The notes under the pieces are model-generated. The model worked only from the letters and a program-made list of their open reading frames with translations. It searched no databases and had not been told where the DNA came from. From NCBI GenBank assembly GCA_035480055.1, contig DATIIB010000008.1:704-64703 (forward strand): a stretch of DNA of 64,000 bases. The letters run 5' to 3'. A program made the position numbers and the translations under genes. This DNA comes from Candidatus Saccharimonadales bacterium. Its GTDB lineage: Bacteria; Patescibacteriota; Saccharimonadia; Saccharimonadales; DASZAF01. Shown in pieces: positions 1 to 8,740 of this stretch; the first letter of the stretch is position 1; each line of letters opens with the position of its first letter.

Positions 1-256
1 TTTCGTTCGCAAAAATTGCGCGGAGCGGTTTGTAGTACTGATACTCTTGATTGACCTCATAATACAAACGGTTATTGGCGCTATCGCTACTGATAATGCC
101 GATGTTCAACATGTTTGCTAGTTCTCGGCGGACTGAATTGATTTGTTCGTCGATTTTGCGAGTAATTTCTCGAACATAAAAAGAACGTCCTGGATTATTC
201 AGGAAGAGATGCAATAACTTTACGCGAGTCTTTGAGCCAAACAATTGATCAATCAT
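1..256 (-). CDS. winged-helix (ArsR/MarR-like) transcriptional regulator, N-terminal part; gene runs off window start
   Basis: Not in ORF track (no stop in window). Reverse ATG at 256-254 opens MIDQLFGSKTRVKLLHLFLNNPGRSFYVREITRKIDEQINSVRRELANM..., open to position 1; HTH-like pattern. Confidence 0.5.
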   Translation of the reverse strand, partial: MIDQLFGSKTRVKLLHLFLNNPGRSFYVREITRKIDEQINSVRRELANMLNIGIISSDSANNRLYYEVNQEYQYYKPLRAIFANE

Positions 257-315
257 AATATGTGTATTTTAAGCCAATTCTACAAGTATTGTAACAGGTT
301 TGGGACCGATATTCA

Positions 316-1035
316 TCAGCGTGGACGGCTTCTCGCCACCTGATGCGCTTTTTGTTCTTCTGTATCGTCCAAAGGGCCAAGGTCCGCTGCCCCAAACTTA
401 CGTTGCAACGCACGGGTTAACAGCTCGTCAGCGAAGCGAGGGTTCTTTGGGAGAAGCGGTCCATGTATATAAGTACCGAAGGTGTTAAAGACTATTGCCC
501 CTTCTTCTCCACTTTCGCCATTATTGCCTGCACCTTGGATAATCTTCGCCAGCCCTGGTTGCTCTGGCGCCAAGCGTGTTTTTCCGCTGTGGTTTTCAAA
601 TCCGACCAGCTCACCCCACTCAGAATCTACAATCACATTCCCGATCAGCCGTTCGCTAGAACCATGTGTCTCCAAATCGAAAATTCCGATTCCCTGGATC
701 GTCCCCTGATCGGAAGTAACGAAACGGTGGCCGAATAACTGATATGTCCCGCATATAGTCAGAACCACAACACCATCATGGACCATCGATCTGAGCTCAG
801 CTTTCTTCTTCTGGAGGTCCTTCTCTACGACGAGCTGCCCAGAGTCCTGCCCGCCACCTGCAACGATAATATCAACATCTTTTGGTAAACCCTCACCCAC
901 CTCGCAGGGGATAACCACAGGAGTAATGCCTCTTTGACGAAGGCGGTACTCGAGCGTCAACACATTACCGGTATCCCCATAAATATTCATATTTTGATGG
1001 TACAAGTGGCAGATTGTAAGTCGTCGCTCTACCAT
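316..1035 (-). CDS. gatD: lipid II isoglutaminyl synthase, glutaminase subunit GatD (CobB/CobQ-like glutamine amidotransferase)
   Basis: LTICGTYQLFG (nucleophile Cys) and TYIHGPLLPKNP (His) motifs; start moved to MVERRL (1035), which overlaps the murT stop by 7 nt; adjacent to murT. Confidence 0.85.
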   Translation of the reverse strand: MVERRLTICHLYHQNMNIYGDTGNVLTLEYRLRQRGITPVVIPCEVGEGLPKDVDIIVAGGGQDSGQLVVEKDLQKKKAELRSMVHDGVVVLTICGTYQLFGHRFVTSDQGTIQGIGIFDLETHGSSERLIGNVIVDSEWGELVGFENHSGKTRLAPEQPGLAKIIQGAGNNGESGEEGAIVFNTFGTYIHGPLLPKNPRFADELLTRALQRKFGAADLGPLDDTEEQKAHQVARSRPR

Positions 1036-2315
1036 ATGCGCTTGCCTCCTTCTTGAATTTTCAGCCACTTACGGATCGCCAGCATTGCCGTGTAGGTAGG
1101 AATGATGAGAAGATGGCTGCTCCATTCATGCGACGCAAGAGCTTCCCCCATCATTGCCTCTGCTTTATCTGTATCGATTAATCTATGGGCGATGCCTTGG
1201 TATTTCAGACGCAAGGCCATATCGTAACGACGTTTTCCACTGACAAAAATAGTCCCCTTAAACTCTTCCAGCTTTGCCATTTGTACATCCCAAAGCCATG
1301 AGACATCTCTTCCATCGGCGTACTCGTCATTAATAACTATCAAGACAGCGTCAATATGTGGAGCGACAAACGTTGAGAGATTTTGCGTAAAGCCGCTGGG
1401 GTTCTTAATCAGGGCAATAGTAATTTCTTTATCGCGGACTTTCAGTGTTTCGCCTCGGCCAAAGGCGGGTTTAAAGTGACTCAATGTGTCCGCAGCAACT
1501 CTGAGGTCAAGGTCTGGCAAAAGTACTTTTGATGTAATAATAGCAACTATTGCATTGAGGGCATTGTGCACGCCAAGAAGTGGTAGATGAATTGTAATTG
1601 AAGAATTCAATATCTTCGCAGAGAAGTTAATAGCGCTATCAGTTGTCTTTATATCTACGATTTTTGCATCCAACTTTTGTTCTGCGCCCTGCTTGGCAGT
1701 GGCTTTATAGAGATTGGCTTCGGTGCTAAGAAGCGAAGCAATCGACTGGGCAAGCCCAAAAGTATATCGATGAGGATGGGCTTTCGTCTTCTCAAAAAGT
1801 AATTGATCGTCGCCGTTCACGATGAGAGTCTCGGCATACTGCGCGGCCTTGGCAATGAGCGAGGCCGTTGCATCGGTCTCTCCGTATCTATCAAGTTGGT
1901 CTCGCATGACATTGAGCGCTACCACCGCCCTTGGGTGTGCCTTTTCCGAGAAAAGCGGAGCATACGCCTCATCAAGTTCAAATACAGCGATATCGTATGG
2001 AAGCCTCCCTGAGAGTGAGCTATGTTCGATAATTGTGCTCACTAGCCCTCGAGTAAGATTACTGCCGGAGGGATTGGTAAGCACCTTTAGGCCACTCTGG
2101 CGCAAAAGCTGGACCAGCATACGAGTAGTCGTGGTTTTTCCATTAGTACCAGTAACCACAACGATCCCATGGGGAAGCGCTGATAGCGTGCGCTGAAAGA
2201 ACCTTCGGTCAAGACGCTCAATCAAAAGACCTGGCAGGGCTGAGCCATGACCACCGAAAAGACGTACTCCAAAACGCAGAAGCTTGGCAACGGTGATGAG
2301 GATTGCACGTATCAT
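1029..2315 (-). CDS. murT: lipid II isoglutaminyl synthase, Mur-ligase-like subunit MurT
   Basis: Mur ligase P-loop VTGTNGKTTTT, C-terminal MurT-type domain, operon with gatD. Confidence 0.85.
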   Translation of the reverse strand: MIRAILITVAKLLRFGVRLFGGHGSALPGLLIERLDRRFFQRTLSALPHGIVVVTGTNGKTTTTRMLVQLLRQSGLKVLTNPSGSNLTRGLVSTIIEHSSLSGRLPYDIAVFELDEAYAPLFSEKAHPRAVVALNVMRDQLDRYGETDATASLIAKAAQYAETLIVNGDDQLLFEKTKAHPHRYTFGLAQSIASLLSTEANLYKATAKQGAEQKLDAKIVDIKTTDSAINFSAKILNSSITIHLPLLGVHNALNAIVAIITSKVLLPDLDLRVAADTLSHFKPAFGRGETLKVRDKEITIALIKNPSGFTQNLSTFVAPHIDAVLIVINDEYADGRDVSWLWDVQMAKLEEFKGTIFVSGKRRYDMALRLKYQGIAHRLIDTDKAEAMMGEALASHEWSSHLLIIPTYTAMLAIRKWLKIQEGGKRIW

Positions 2316-2331
2316 TACCCCAGATTATAGC

Positions 2332-3186
2332 CTATCGACCGAGAAATGCATCTATTAAAGGATACGCCTGCTGGGCCTCTTCTAACCATACGATGTGTGG
2401 ATTACGCTTGAACCACGTCCTTTGACGCTTCGCCAGAGCTAGTGTGTCTTGGACAATCTGCCGCTTGATTGCGCTCATAGAAACTTCGTGACCCTCATAC
2501 AGGCTTCTAAACTCTCGATAGCCTATGCCGGTTAGCGCCTCACTGTCCCAACCATACTTTTGCTGTAGTTCTTCCACCTCTCGGCGCAGGCCTCTCCGGA
2601 ACATCTGTTCAACCCGGCTCTCAATACGCTGACGAAGTTGTAACCGGGATGGTTTGAGGCCAATCACTAAAGTACGCGGCCGGAGCACTTCGCGATCGTT
2701 GGCAGTGCCAGCTCCCCTCTCGAGAGTACGAATCAAATAGCGCTTGTTCTTCTCATTCTCCGGCACCGAGAGCCCTCTCTCCTTAATAAGAGCGCTCAGC
2801 TGGGCAATATCCAGAGCATCCAATCTCGTCCTTTCAGTCGAATTGGCAACCCTCGCAAACTGATAGTCAAAAATAATTGAATCTACATAAAGCCCGGTAC
2901 CGCCGACCAAAATTGGAAGCTTCCCCCTTGCTGTGATATCTTTAATGGCTTCCTCGGCAAGGCGCTTAAAGTCGGCTGCAGTAAACTGGACTCCTGGCTC
3001 AGCCACATCGAGCAAATGGTGAGCTACTTGCGCTTGCTCTTCCGGGCGAGGCTTCGCAGTCCCAACATCCATACCTTTATAGATAGTTCGCGAATCAGCA
3101 CAGATGATCTCTCCGTCATATCGCTTAGCTATCTCAAGGGCAAGCGAGCTTTTGCCGCTTGCTGTTTCTCCTACAACAGCGATCAT
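2332..3186 (-). CDS. miaA: tRNA dimethylallyltransferase
   Basis: P-loop GETASGKSS, ICADSRTIYKGMDVGTAKP; start set to MIAVVG (ATGA overlap with upstream stop at 3183-3186); track start 3213 also possible. Confidence 0.9.
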   Translation of the reverse strand: MIAVVGETASGKSSLALEIAKRYDGEIICADSRTIYKGMDVGTAKPRPEEQAQVAHHLLDVAEPGVQFTAADFKRLAEEAIKDITARGKLPILVGGTGLYVDSIIFDYQFARVANSTERTRLDALDIAQLSALIKERGLSVPENEKNKRYLIRTLERGAGTANDREVLRPRTLVIGLKPSRLQLRQRIESRVEQMFRRGLRREVEELQQKYGWDSEALTGIGYREFRSLYEGHEVSMSAIKRQIVQDTLALAKRQRTWFKRNPHIVWLEEAQQAYPLIDAFLGR

Positions 3187-3515
3187 AGGAGGCTGGTCTG
3201 GTTCGGCTGCCATAAGATTTGGTTAAGGTTACTAATTTTGCCTTCGACAGAAAAGTCTACGCCCTCGGCCTCTAGCAATTGTTGTTGCAACGCTGGACCG
3301 CCAGGCCACCCGCTTGCCATACCACCCTGTTTATTAACCACACGCTGCCAGGGTAACTCCGAAGGGCCACTGTGCGCAATCTGGCCAACCTCCCAGGCTG
3401 CAGATGCATAGCCACAGAGAGTAGCAACTTGCCCATAGGTCATCACCTTACCCGAAGGAATAGTGGCCACCAGGTCGTAGACTCGCTGGACAAACCCTTC
3501 ATCAACTCTTCCCAT
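3183..3515 (-). CDS. MGMT-family DNA-binding protein lacking the acceptor cysteine (alkyltransferase-like, ATL)
   Basis: IPSGKVMTYGQVA... and PWQRVVN in place of the PCHRV active-site motif; 110 aa, C-terminal domain only. Confidence 0.75.
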   Translation of the reverse strand: MGRVDEGFVQRVYDLVATIPSGKVMTYGQVATLCGYASAAWEVGQIAHSGPSELPWQRVVNKQGGMASGWPGGPALQQQLLEAEGVDFSVEGKISNLNQILWQPNQTSLL

Positions 3516-3523
3516 ACCGCCGC

Positions 3524-5368
3524 CTACAACGATGTTTTAGTAACGCGACTTTTAGCTTCGTTCGCAAGAGTGCCCAAGAATTCTTCGACTGTATAGCTTT
3601 GTGCTTCTTCTCGAGTAGATAAGTCTTTTCGAATACGAGGAGTCAACTTGCCGCTTTCGACCTCTTTCTCGCCAAGTACCACCACATACGGCACTTTCAT
3701 AAGCTCAGTAGTACGAATCTTTTTGCCAACCGATTCGTTGTCGTTGTCTACCAGCACTCGAATATCAAGCTCTTTCGCCTTGGTTTTAAGCTGGGCAGCC
3801 ATTCCGGCAATCTCTTCAGTCTGGTTGACTGTGATAATACGCAACTGCTCAGGGGCAAGCCACAGAGGAAACTTACCCGCAAAATGCTCAATCAAGAGCA
3901 TGATGAATCGTTCAAAAGAGCCGAGGATCGCCCGGTGGATCATGACAGGAGGCTGAGATTCGCCACTCTCATCAGTGTAAGTAAGCCCAAACCGCTTTGG
4001 CATCGCAAAGTCGAGTTGAACAGTTGCCAGTTGCGTCTCGCGCCCCAGAGCGTCTTGGAACATAAAATCAAGCTTGGGACCGTATATAGCCGCCTCCCCT
4101 TCCATTCGTTTGGCGTTCAAATGGTAGCGTTCGCTCACTTCAGCAAGCATGGCCTCAGCTCTCTCCCAATCGCTTGGATCGCCAATGTAGGCTGCTGGAT
4201 TCTTCGGGTCGCGCACAGAGAAAGATACCCAATGCTTTCCCCATAGTCCAAGATTCTCGTAGAATTGTTGAATCACCTCAACAAGCATTGAGGCTTCTTG
4301 ATCGATCTGATCTACACGACAGAAGGTATGCCCATCATCAACTGTAAAACCACGAGTCCTCTGAAGACCACCGATCTGGCCTGGCTTTTCATCGCGATAC
4401 TGCATGGTCTGCTCGATATACCGAAGTGGCAGATCGCGGTAGCTACGTGGACGCGAGGCGTAGATCTGAGTATGATGCGGGCAATTCACAGGCTTAAGCA
4501 CAAACTCCTGATCGTAATGGCTCTTTACGGTAAAGAGCTCCTCGGAAAACTTATCGGCATGTCCTGAAGTTTTATAGAGGTCGATTTTCGCAAGATGCGG
4601 AATTGAGACTAACTGCATATCAAACTCTTTGCTAATTTGGCGCAAAGCATTTTTGATTTCTTCTATAATGACCGTGCCTCTTGGGGTGTACATCGGCAAT
4701 CCCGGTCCCACCAAATCAGAGAAGGTAAAGAGATCCAGCTCTTGCCCCAGTTTACGATGATCGCGTTTCTTGGCTTCCTCTAGCATCGCTAGGTGCTGGC
4801 GCAGTTCTTTTTCGGTAGCAAATGCAGCTCCGTAAAGACGTTGCATCTGCGGGTTACCTTCTTTGCCGCGCCAATACGCACCAGCCACCTTCATTAATTT
4901 AAAAGCACCAACTTTGCCAGTGCTCTCGACATGTGGCCCGCGACAAAGATCAGTAAAGTCGCCGTTTCGATAAAAAGAGACATTCTCCACCTTGCTTTCA
5001 TCTGATGGAATGCCCAATTCCTCAGCGTCGAGATCTTTTGCACTGGTTGTGCCGGCGCGTTTGAGGTCATTAAGAAGTTCAAGCTTATAGGGCTGCTTCG
5101 CTTCGGTTGCCCAGACAATCGCTTCGTCGATGGGTTTTTCAAAACGTTCAAAGGGTTGGTCTTCAGTAATAATGGTCCGCATTTCTGCTTCGATCTTGGC
5201 AAAGTCTTCCGGAGAGAGGCTCTGACCTAGGTCGATATCGTAATAAAAACCATCGTCAATAACCGGGCCGACACCAAACTTGGCTTCTGGCCAGAGACGC
5301 TTTACCGCACTTGCCATAATATGTGCCAATGAGTGGCGCATGGCATGGAGATATTTTTCATTTTCCAT
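3524..5368 (-). CDS. thrS: threonine--tRNA ligase (no N-terminal TGS domain)
   Basis: Begins at the editing-domain HSLAHIMASAVKRLWPEAKFGVGPVIDDGFYYD; class II core and anticodon-binding domain follow. Start set to MENEKY (5368, AAAGG upstream); track start 5386. Confidence 0.95.
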   Translation of the reverse strand: MENEKYLHAMRHSLAHIMASAVKRLWPEAKFGVGPVIDDGFYYDIDLGQSLSPEDFAKIEAEMRTIITEDQPFERFEKPIDEAIVWATEAKQPYKLELLNDLKRAGTTSAKDLDAEELGIPSDESKVENVSFYRNGDFTDLCRGPHVESTGKVGAFKLMKVAGAYWRGKEGNPQMQRLYGAAFATEKELRQHLAMLEEAKKRDHRKLGQELDLFTFSDLVGPGLPMYTPRGTVIIEEIKNALRQISKEFDMQLVSIPHLAKIDLYKTSGHADKFSEELFTVKSHYDQEFVLKPVNCPHHTQIYASRPRSYRDLPLRYIEQTMQYRDEKPGQIGGLQRTRGFTVDDGHTFCRVDQIDQEASMLVEVIQQFYENLGLWGKHWVSFSVRDPKNPAAYIGDPSDWERAEAMLAEVSERYHLNAKRMEGEAAIYGPKLDFMFQDALGRETQLATVQLDFAMPKRFGLTYTDESGESQPPVMIHRAILGSFERFIMLLIEHFAGKFPLWLAPEQLRIITVNQTEEIAGMAAQLKTKAKELDIRVLVDNDNESVGKKIRTTELMKVPYVVVLGEKEVESGKLTPRIRKDLSTREEAQSYTVEEFLGTLANEAKSRVTKTSL

Positions 5369-5509
5369 AGGGGTGACACCTTTCATAGAGTCTGATTTAA
5401 TTCACAAATTATAAACAAAAAAATACTAGGCCCCGCAGGGCGTCGTTGTTGCTTGCAAGTGAATCATCTGACAAATCATTGCCCTTTATTATAAGTTTAC
5501 TTCTCTCTC

Positions 5510-5538
5510 TTGTCGAGTCCGACTCTCTCGAGTATAAT
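5510..5538 (+). promoter_or_regulatory. sigma70-like promoter for tRNA-Val
   Basis: TTGTCG (5510-5515), 17 nt spacer, TATAAT (5533-5538), 12 nt before tRNA 5' end. Confidence 0.45.
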
Positions 5539-5550
5539 AATGGAGCATTC

Positions 5551-5627
5551 GGGCTCTTAGCTCAGTTGGCTAGAGCGCATCCTTGACGTGGATGAGGTCA
5601 GAGGTTCGAGTCCTCTAGAGCCCACCA
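5551..5627 (+). tRNA. tRNA-Val (anticodon GAC), CCA encoded
   Basis: Cloverleaf by hand: acceptor GGGCTCT/AGAGCCC, anticodon arm CATCC-TTGACGT-GGATG, T-loop GGTTCGAGTCC, ACCA end. Confidence 0.95.
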
Positions 5628-5630
5628 ATA

Positions 5631-5661
5631 AAAATAGCTGATCGCATGGTCGGCTATTTTT
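5631..5661 (+). terminator. rho-independent terminator after tRNA-Val
   Basis: ATAGCTGA (5634-5641) pairs with TCGGCTAT (5650-5657, one G-U), followed by a T run. Confidence 0.65.
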
Positions 5662-5744
5662 ATATCATAGAGCGACTCAAGGCTTTATTAGTAGTAACAA
5701 TATTTCACAATATACTGAGAGTATTCGATAGCATAAGCGGCATC

Positions 5745-5773
5745 TTGACAAAATATAGTATTATTGCTACAAT
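5745..5773 (+). promoter_or_regulatory. near-consensus sigma70-like promoter of an orphan short transcript
   Basis: TTGACA (5745-5750), 17 nt spacer, TACAAT (5768-5773). Confidence 0.5.
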
Positions 5774-5782
5774 ACTAATGCT

Positions 5783-5893
5783 ATGAATAGCAAACAAACA
5801 CAGGGACAGTCGGCACTAGCAAAGTTTAAACTTTACTACGAAGAGCTTCCCGGCAGCGACTCAGCTCGCTCGCACCAACACAAAGCATCGTAA
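5783..5893 (+). CDS. candidate 36-aa small ORF (MNSKQTQGQSALAKFKLYYEELPGSDSARSHQHKAS); could instead be non-coding
   Basis: ATG about 10 nt after the -10 box (near-leaderless, no SD), sits between promoter and terminator; below ORF-track cutoff. Confidence 0.2.
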   Translation: MNSKQTQGQSALAKFKLYYEELPGSDSARSHQHKAS

Positions 5894-5913
5894 GCCTTAG
5901 AACCTAAGGTCTC

Positions 5914-5955
5914 AAGTACCACTTTCACTTCGGTGAGAGTGGTACTTTGCTTTTT
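5914..5955 (+). terminator. rho-independent terminator
   Basis: AAGTACCACTTTCAC-TTCG-GTGAGAGTGGTACTT (15 bp, one G-U) followed by TGCTTTTT. Confidence 0.6.
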
Positions 5956-6017
5956 ACCCACAACTTCCAAAGAGTTTTCCACTAGCATTTTAAATAGCTG
6001 TATGACAATATGTAGTC

Positions 6018-6461
6018 ATGGTTTGTCCAAAATGTCACAGCTCATCGACCAAAGTATACAACTCACGCCAAACCAAGGGCACGAATCAAACATGGCGACG
6101 CCGCCGGTGCCTCTCGTGCAACTTCGTCTTTTCCACTCGAGAATATATCGAAGCTGAGGGGTATCTTAAGGTTTTAAAGGGAACACAGACCGAGCCATTC
6201 TCTCGAGCTCGCCTACTTCTCTCTTTGGCTCGTGCCTGTGAGCATTGCTCGCAGTCTGGCGATACTGCGTTTCATCTTCTCAGTACAGTTGAGAATGTAC
6301 TTTTGCACTCTAGCCAAGAAGGAATCATAAGCGTCCAAGAAATATTGGCGACCTGCCTGGAAGTTCTGCAGCGTTTTGACACCAAAGCTTACTTGCAATA
6401 CCTCGCCACCTATCCTGCTATTCTCGACGACCGCGATCTCAAGAAACTACTAAAGAATTAA
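6018..6461 (+). CDS. nrdR: transcriptional repressor NrdR (zinc ribbon + ATP-cone)
   Basis: MVCPKCHSSSTKVYNSR...RRRRCLSCNFVFSTREYIE zinc ribbon, then ATP-cone-like LKVLKGTQTEPFSRARL. Confidence 0.85.
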   Translation: MVCPKCHSSSTKVYNSRQTKGTNQTWRRRRCLSCNFVFSTREYIEAEGYLKVLKGTQTEPFSRARLLLSLARACEHCSQSGDTAFHLLSTVENVLLHSSQEGIISVQEILATCLEVLQRFDTKAYLQYLATYPAILDDRDLKKLLKN

Positions 6462-8074
6462 TCTTTCTTTACAGCCTTTTCGGTCACGTCGAACTTATCC
6501 ATGTACTTTCCAAGCATTAGCCGCGTCTGAGAGTAAAAAGCTGCAAATGAACCGTAGGCAATACTGGTCACCGGCATGTAGATCCACTGCGCCAGCATAA
6601 AAATATTACGATGTCGCTTATAGCGCTCGGGACGCGGAGGCAAAAGCCGCCACGCCAGAAATACAGTGATGACTAGGCCAATGGTCGCAATACGCTGTGT
6701 CCAACTAGCGATAATCGGCAATTGGTGTGCAATAATGCTCTTGTCCGAATGACGACCAAAATACAGAGGTGCCCAGGCCCCAAGCGCAGTAATAAGAGCA
6801 ACCGTCGCCCAGCTGACATGACTATCCAATAGACGCGCAAACTTCCCAATAAAATCAAAGAAAGGCACGCTGCGATCTTTCCGGAATCCGCGCGTTGCCA
6901 CATAGGCGATATCCGAGGCGCCGTATGCCCAGCGTCGAACCTGCACAAATTGAGCTTTGAGCGTCCGACCAAAGCCTTCGGATAGCACTGCGTCTTGATA
7001 AATCGGCAAGCTGATAGGCACTACTTCGTATTGGCCATCAAAGCAGAAATAACTTCGCCAAAACTGGTGGCCGTCCTCTACAATACTTCGCACACTCCAA
7101 AAGTTCATCTCAATAAGCGGCGCCAGTCCTTGAGAATGCGCGGCAAAATTGCGCAGCATGTGCGGACGCTGGGAGTTAATAATGTTCCAGAAGGAGTTAC
7201 CTGTAGCAATCACCCGCATGGGCGCAGGAACATCCCAGATATTGTTGGTAAAGACCGCGATAGGCTGGAAGGCTTTGTGGTACGGATCTGGAGTGGTCAG
7301 GTAGCTGTACGTAAGTCCGGCAAAGTAATTACGGTGTGGACGATTATCTGAATCAAGTGTGGTCACAATCACTCTCTCCGGATTAATTCCCTTCTTGTGA
7401 GCCCAGCTCTTCAGATAATGGCCTGCATAGGTGATATTGCCACCTTTGCCAATGATCTCGCCTTTCATACCGTTAGGATGTTCTACGGCAACGGCATAAA
7501 AGAATGAGTCTTTATAGTCCTCGATCAGCTGCAGCGCACGCTTTTTGACCTCTGGTCCGCCCCGCTCTTCGTAGGCCAGAATAAATATAAGGTTGTGTTT
7601 GGCATCGTAATTGCTCTCAATCAAGCTCTTCACGGTTGGCTCCAGCACATCGCGTGATTCATTCCACGTGGCCACAATCACTGCATTGTATATTTTGCTT
7701 GGTGCGAGCGCATGGCTCGCTATATAGGTCTTGAGCTTGCGGTAGTGCTCGGCGTCTTTACCGATTCGCTTCTTGTCTTCCAGGCGCGCAATTGCTGTTT
7801 GAGGATCTTCGAGGTCGTTGAGTAGACTTCGCCAATCCGCATTTTTGGAGCGTTGCATCGCGCCGTACCCCTGAAGTGTACGAAACGAAATACCGATCGC
7901 CTTCACAAACCAGGTGATGATAAAGAGCACCACAAACAACGCGCCCCACAACGGATCGATTAAGCTCAAGCCAATGGGAGCGAACAAAATGAGATAGCTG
8001 AGAACCCCTGGCAAAATCTCAAAAAACCGATATAACGGCTTGCGTTTGCCAAGAGGAATTTCGATGTCTGTCAT
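6458..8074 (-). CDS. processive family-2 glycosyltransferase, integral membrane (cellulose/chitin/hyaluronan-synthase-like)
   Basis: N- and C-terminal TM segments; TLDSDN (D,D,D) and QVRRWAYG (QxxRW) motifs. Confidence 0.8.
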   Translation of the reverse strand: MTDIEIPLGKRKPLYRFFEILPGVLSYLILFAPIGLSLIDPLWGALFVVLFIITWFVKAIGISFRTLQGYGAMQRSKNADWRSLLNDLEDPQTAIARLEDKKRIGKDAEHYRKLKTYIASHALAPSKIYNAVIVATWNESRDVLEPTVKSLIESNYDAKHNLIFILAYEERGGPEVKKRALQLIEDYKDSFFYAVAVEHPNGMKGEIIGKGGNITYAGHYLKSWAHKKGINPERVIVTTLDSDNRPHRNYFAGLTYSYLTTPDPYHKAFQPIAVFTNNIWDVPAPMRVIATGNSFWNIINSQRPHMLRNFAAHSQGLAPLIEMNFWSVRSIVEDGHQFWRSYFCFDGQYEVVPISLPIYQDAVLSEGFGRTLKAQFVQVRRWAYGASDIAYVATRGFRKDRSVPFFDFIGKFARLLDSHVSWATVALITALGAWAPLYFGRHSDKSIIAHQLPIIASWTQRIATIGLVITVFLAWRLLPPRPERYKRHRNIFMLAQWIYMPVTSIAYGSFAAFYSQTRLMLGKYMDKFDVTEKAVKKD

Positions 8075-8460
8075 GCGGCTAACAAACCTAGCAAAGCATT
8101 AGTGACCAAAAAGGCAACGATGAGTACAAACAGGGTAAGAGCCAAAATGCCCAGCGCATACGTCCTTCGCAAGCCGCGCACTTTGACCGCCAAGATTCCG
8201 TTTAGTCCAAAGATGAGCGCCGAAAAAAGCGCTAACTCGTATAATACCGTCCAATGTCCGCGGTCCAGCGTAAACCCATACTCTGAGTAACGGACCGGTA
8301 CTTGAAGATCGCTTACGCGGACCTTTAAGATCACATTAAAAATATTGATCAGTGCTAAAAGAGCGCACCCCAGTAATAGAAAAACCGCTGCGCGGTCGCG
8401 AAAGAAGTGTCTGAATTCTTTTTTGGTAACTATTGCCATAATAGGTAGTGGCTCGCTCAA
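8071..8460 (-). CDS. small multi-pass membrane protein, translationally coupled to the GT2 synthase
   Basis: Three or four hydrophobic segments by eye; ATGA overlap with the downstream GT2 gene. Confidence 0.6.
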   Translation of the reverse strand: MSEPLPIMAIVTKKEFRHFFRDRAAVFLLLGCALLALINIFNVILKVRVSDLQVPVRYSEYGFTLDRGHWTVLYELALFSALIFGLNGILAVKVRGLRRTYALGILALTLFVLIVAFLVTNALLGLLAA

Positions 8461-8512
8461 GCAAGTCGTGTATCCTCTACCCTAGTATACTAAATATCAA
8501 CTACTAACGAAA

Positions 8513-8586
8513 TGGTGCGAGATGCGAGAATCGAACTCGCGCCTCTTGCTTGGGAAGCAAGCGTACTGCCATTATACTAATCTCGC
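8513..8586 (-). tRNA. tRNA-Gly (anticodon CCC), CCA encoded
   Basis: Reverse complement GCGAGAT...CTTGC-TTCCCAA-GCAAG...GCGAGTTCGATTCTCGC-ATCTCGC-A-CCA. Confidence 0.9.
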
Positions 8587-8606
8587 ACACAGCCACCTCT
8601 TTGGGC

Positions 8607-8682
8607 TGGAGCCGATAGGCGGATTCGAACCGCCGACCTTTGCTTTACGAAAGCACTGCTCTACCAACTGAGCTATATCGGC
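8607..8682 (-). tRNA. tRNA-Thr (anticodon CGT), CCA encoded
   Basis: Reverse complement GCCGATA-TA-GCTCAGTTGGTAGAGC...TTCGTAA...GGCGGTTCGAATCCGCC-TATCGGC-T-CCA. Confidence 0.9.
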
Positions 8683-8699
8683 AGGTCCTAGCAGGGGTC

Positions 8700-8708
8700 A
8701 TTATAGCA
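8700..8708 (-). promoter_or_regulatory. extended -10 (TGcTATAAT) upstream of tRNA-Thr/tRNA-Gly
   Basis: Reverse strand reads TTTGCTATAAT, ending 17 nt before the tRNA-Thr 5' end; no good -35. Confidence 0.35.
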
Positions 8709-8740
8709 AATCCCCAGCCAGCTGACCACTAGAATACCAC

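Noticed and set aside
5387-5509. T-box or other leader upstream of thrS
   Set aside because: Only about 120 nt are available. I could find no specifier-loop/T-box (AGGGUGGNACCGCG-like) sequence on the minus strand, only a weak GCCC-TGCG-GGGC hairpin plus a T-run.
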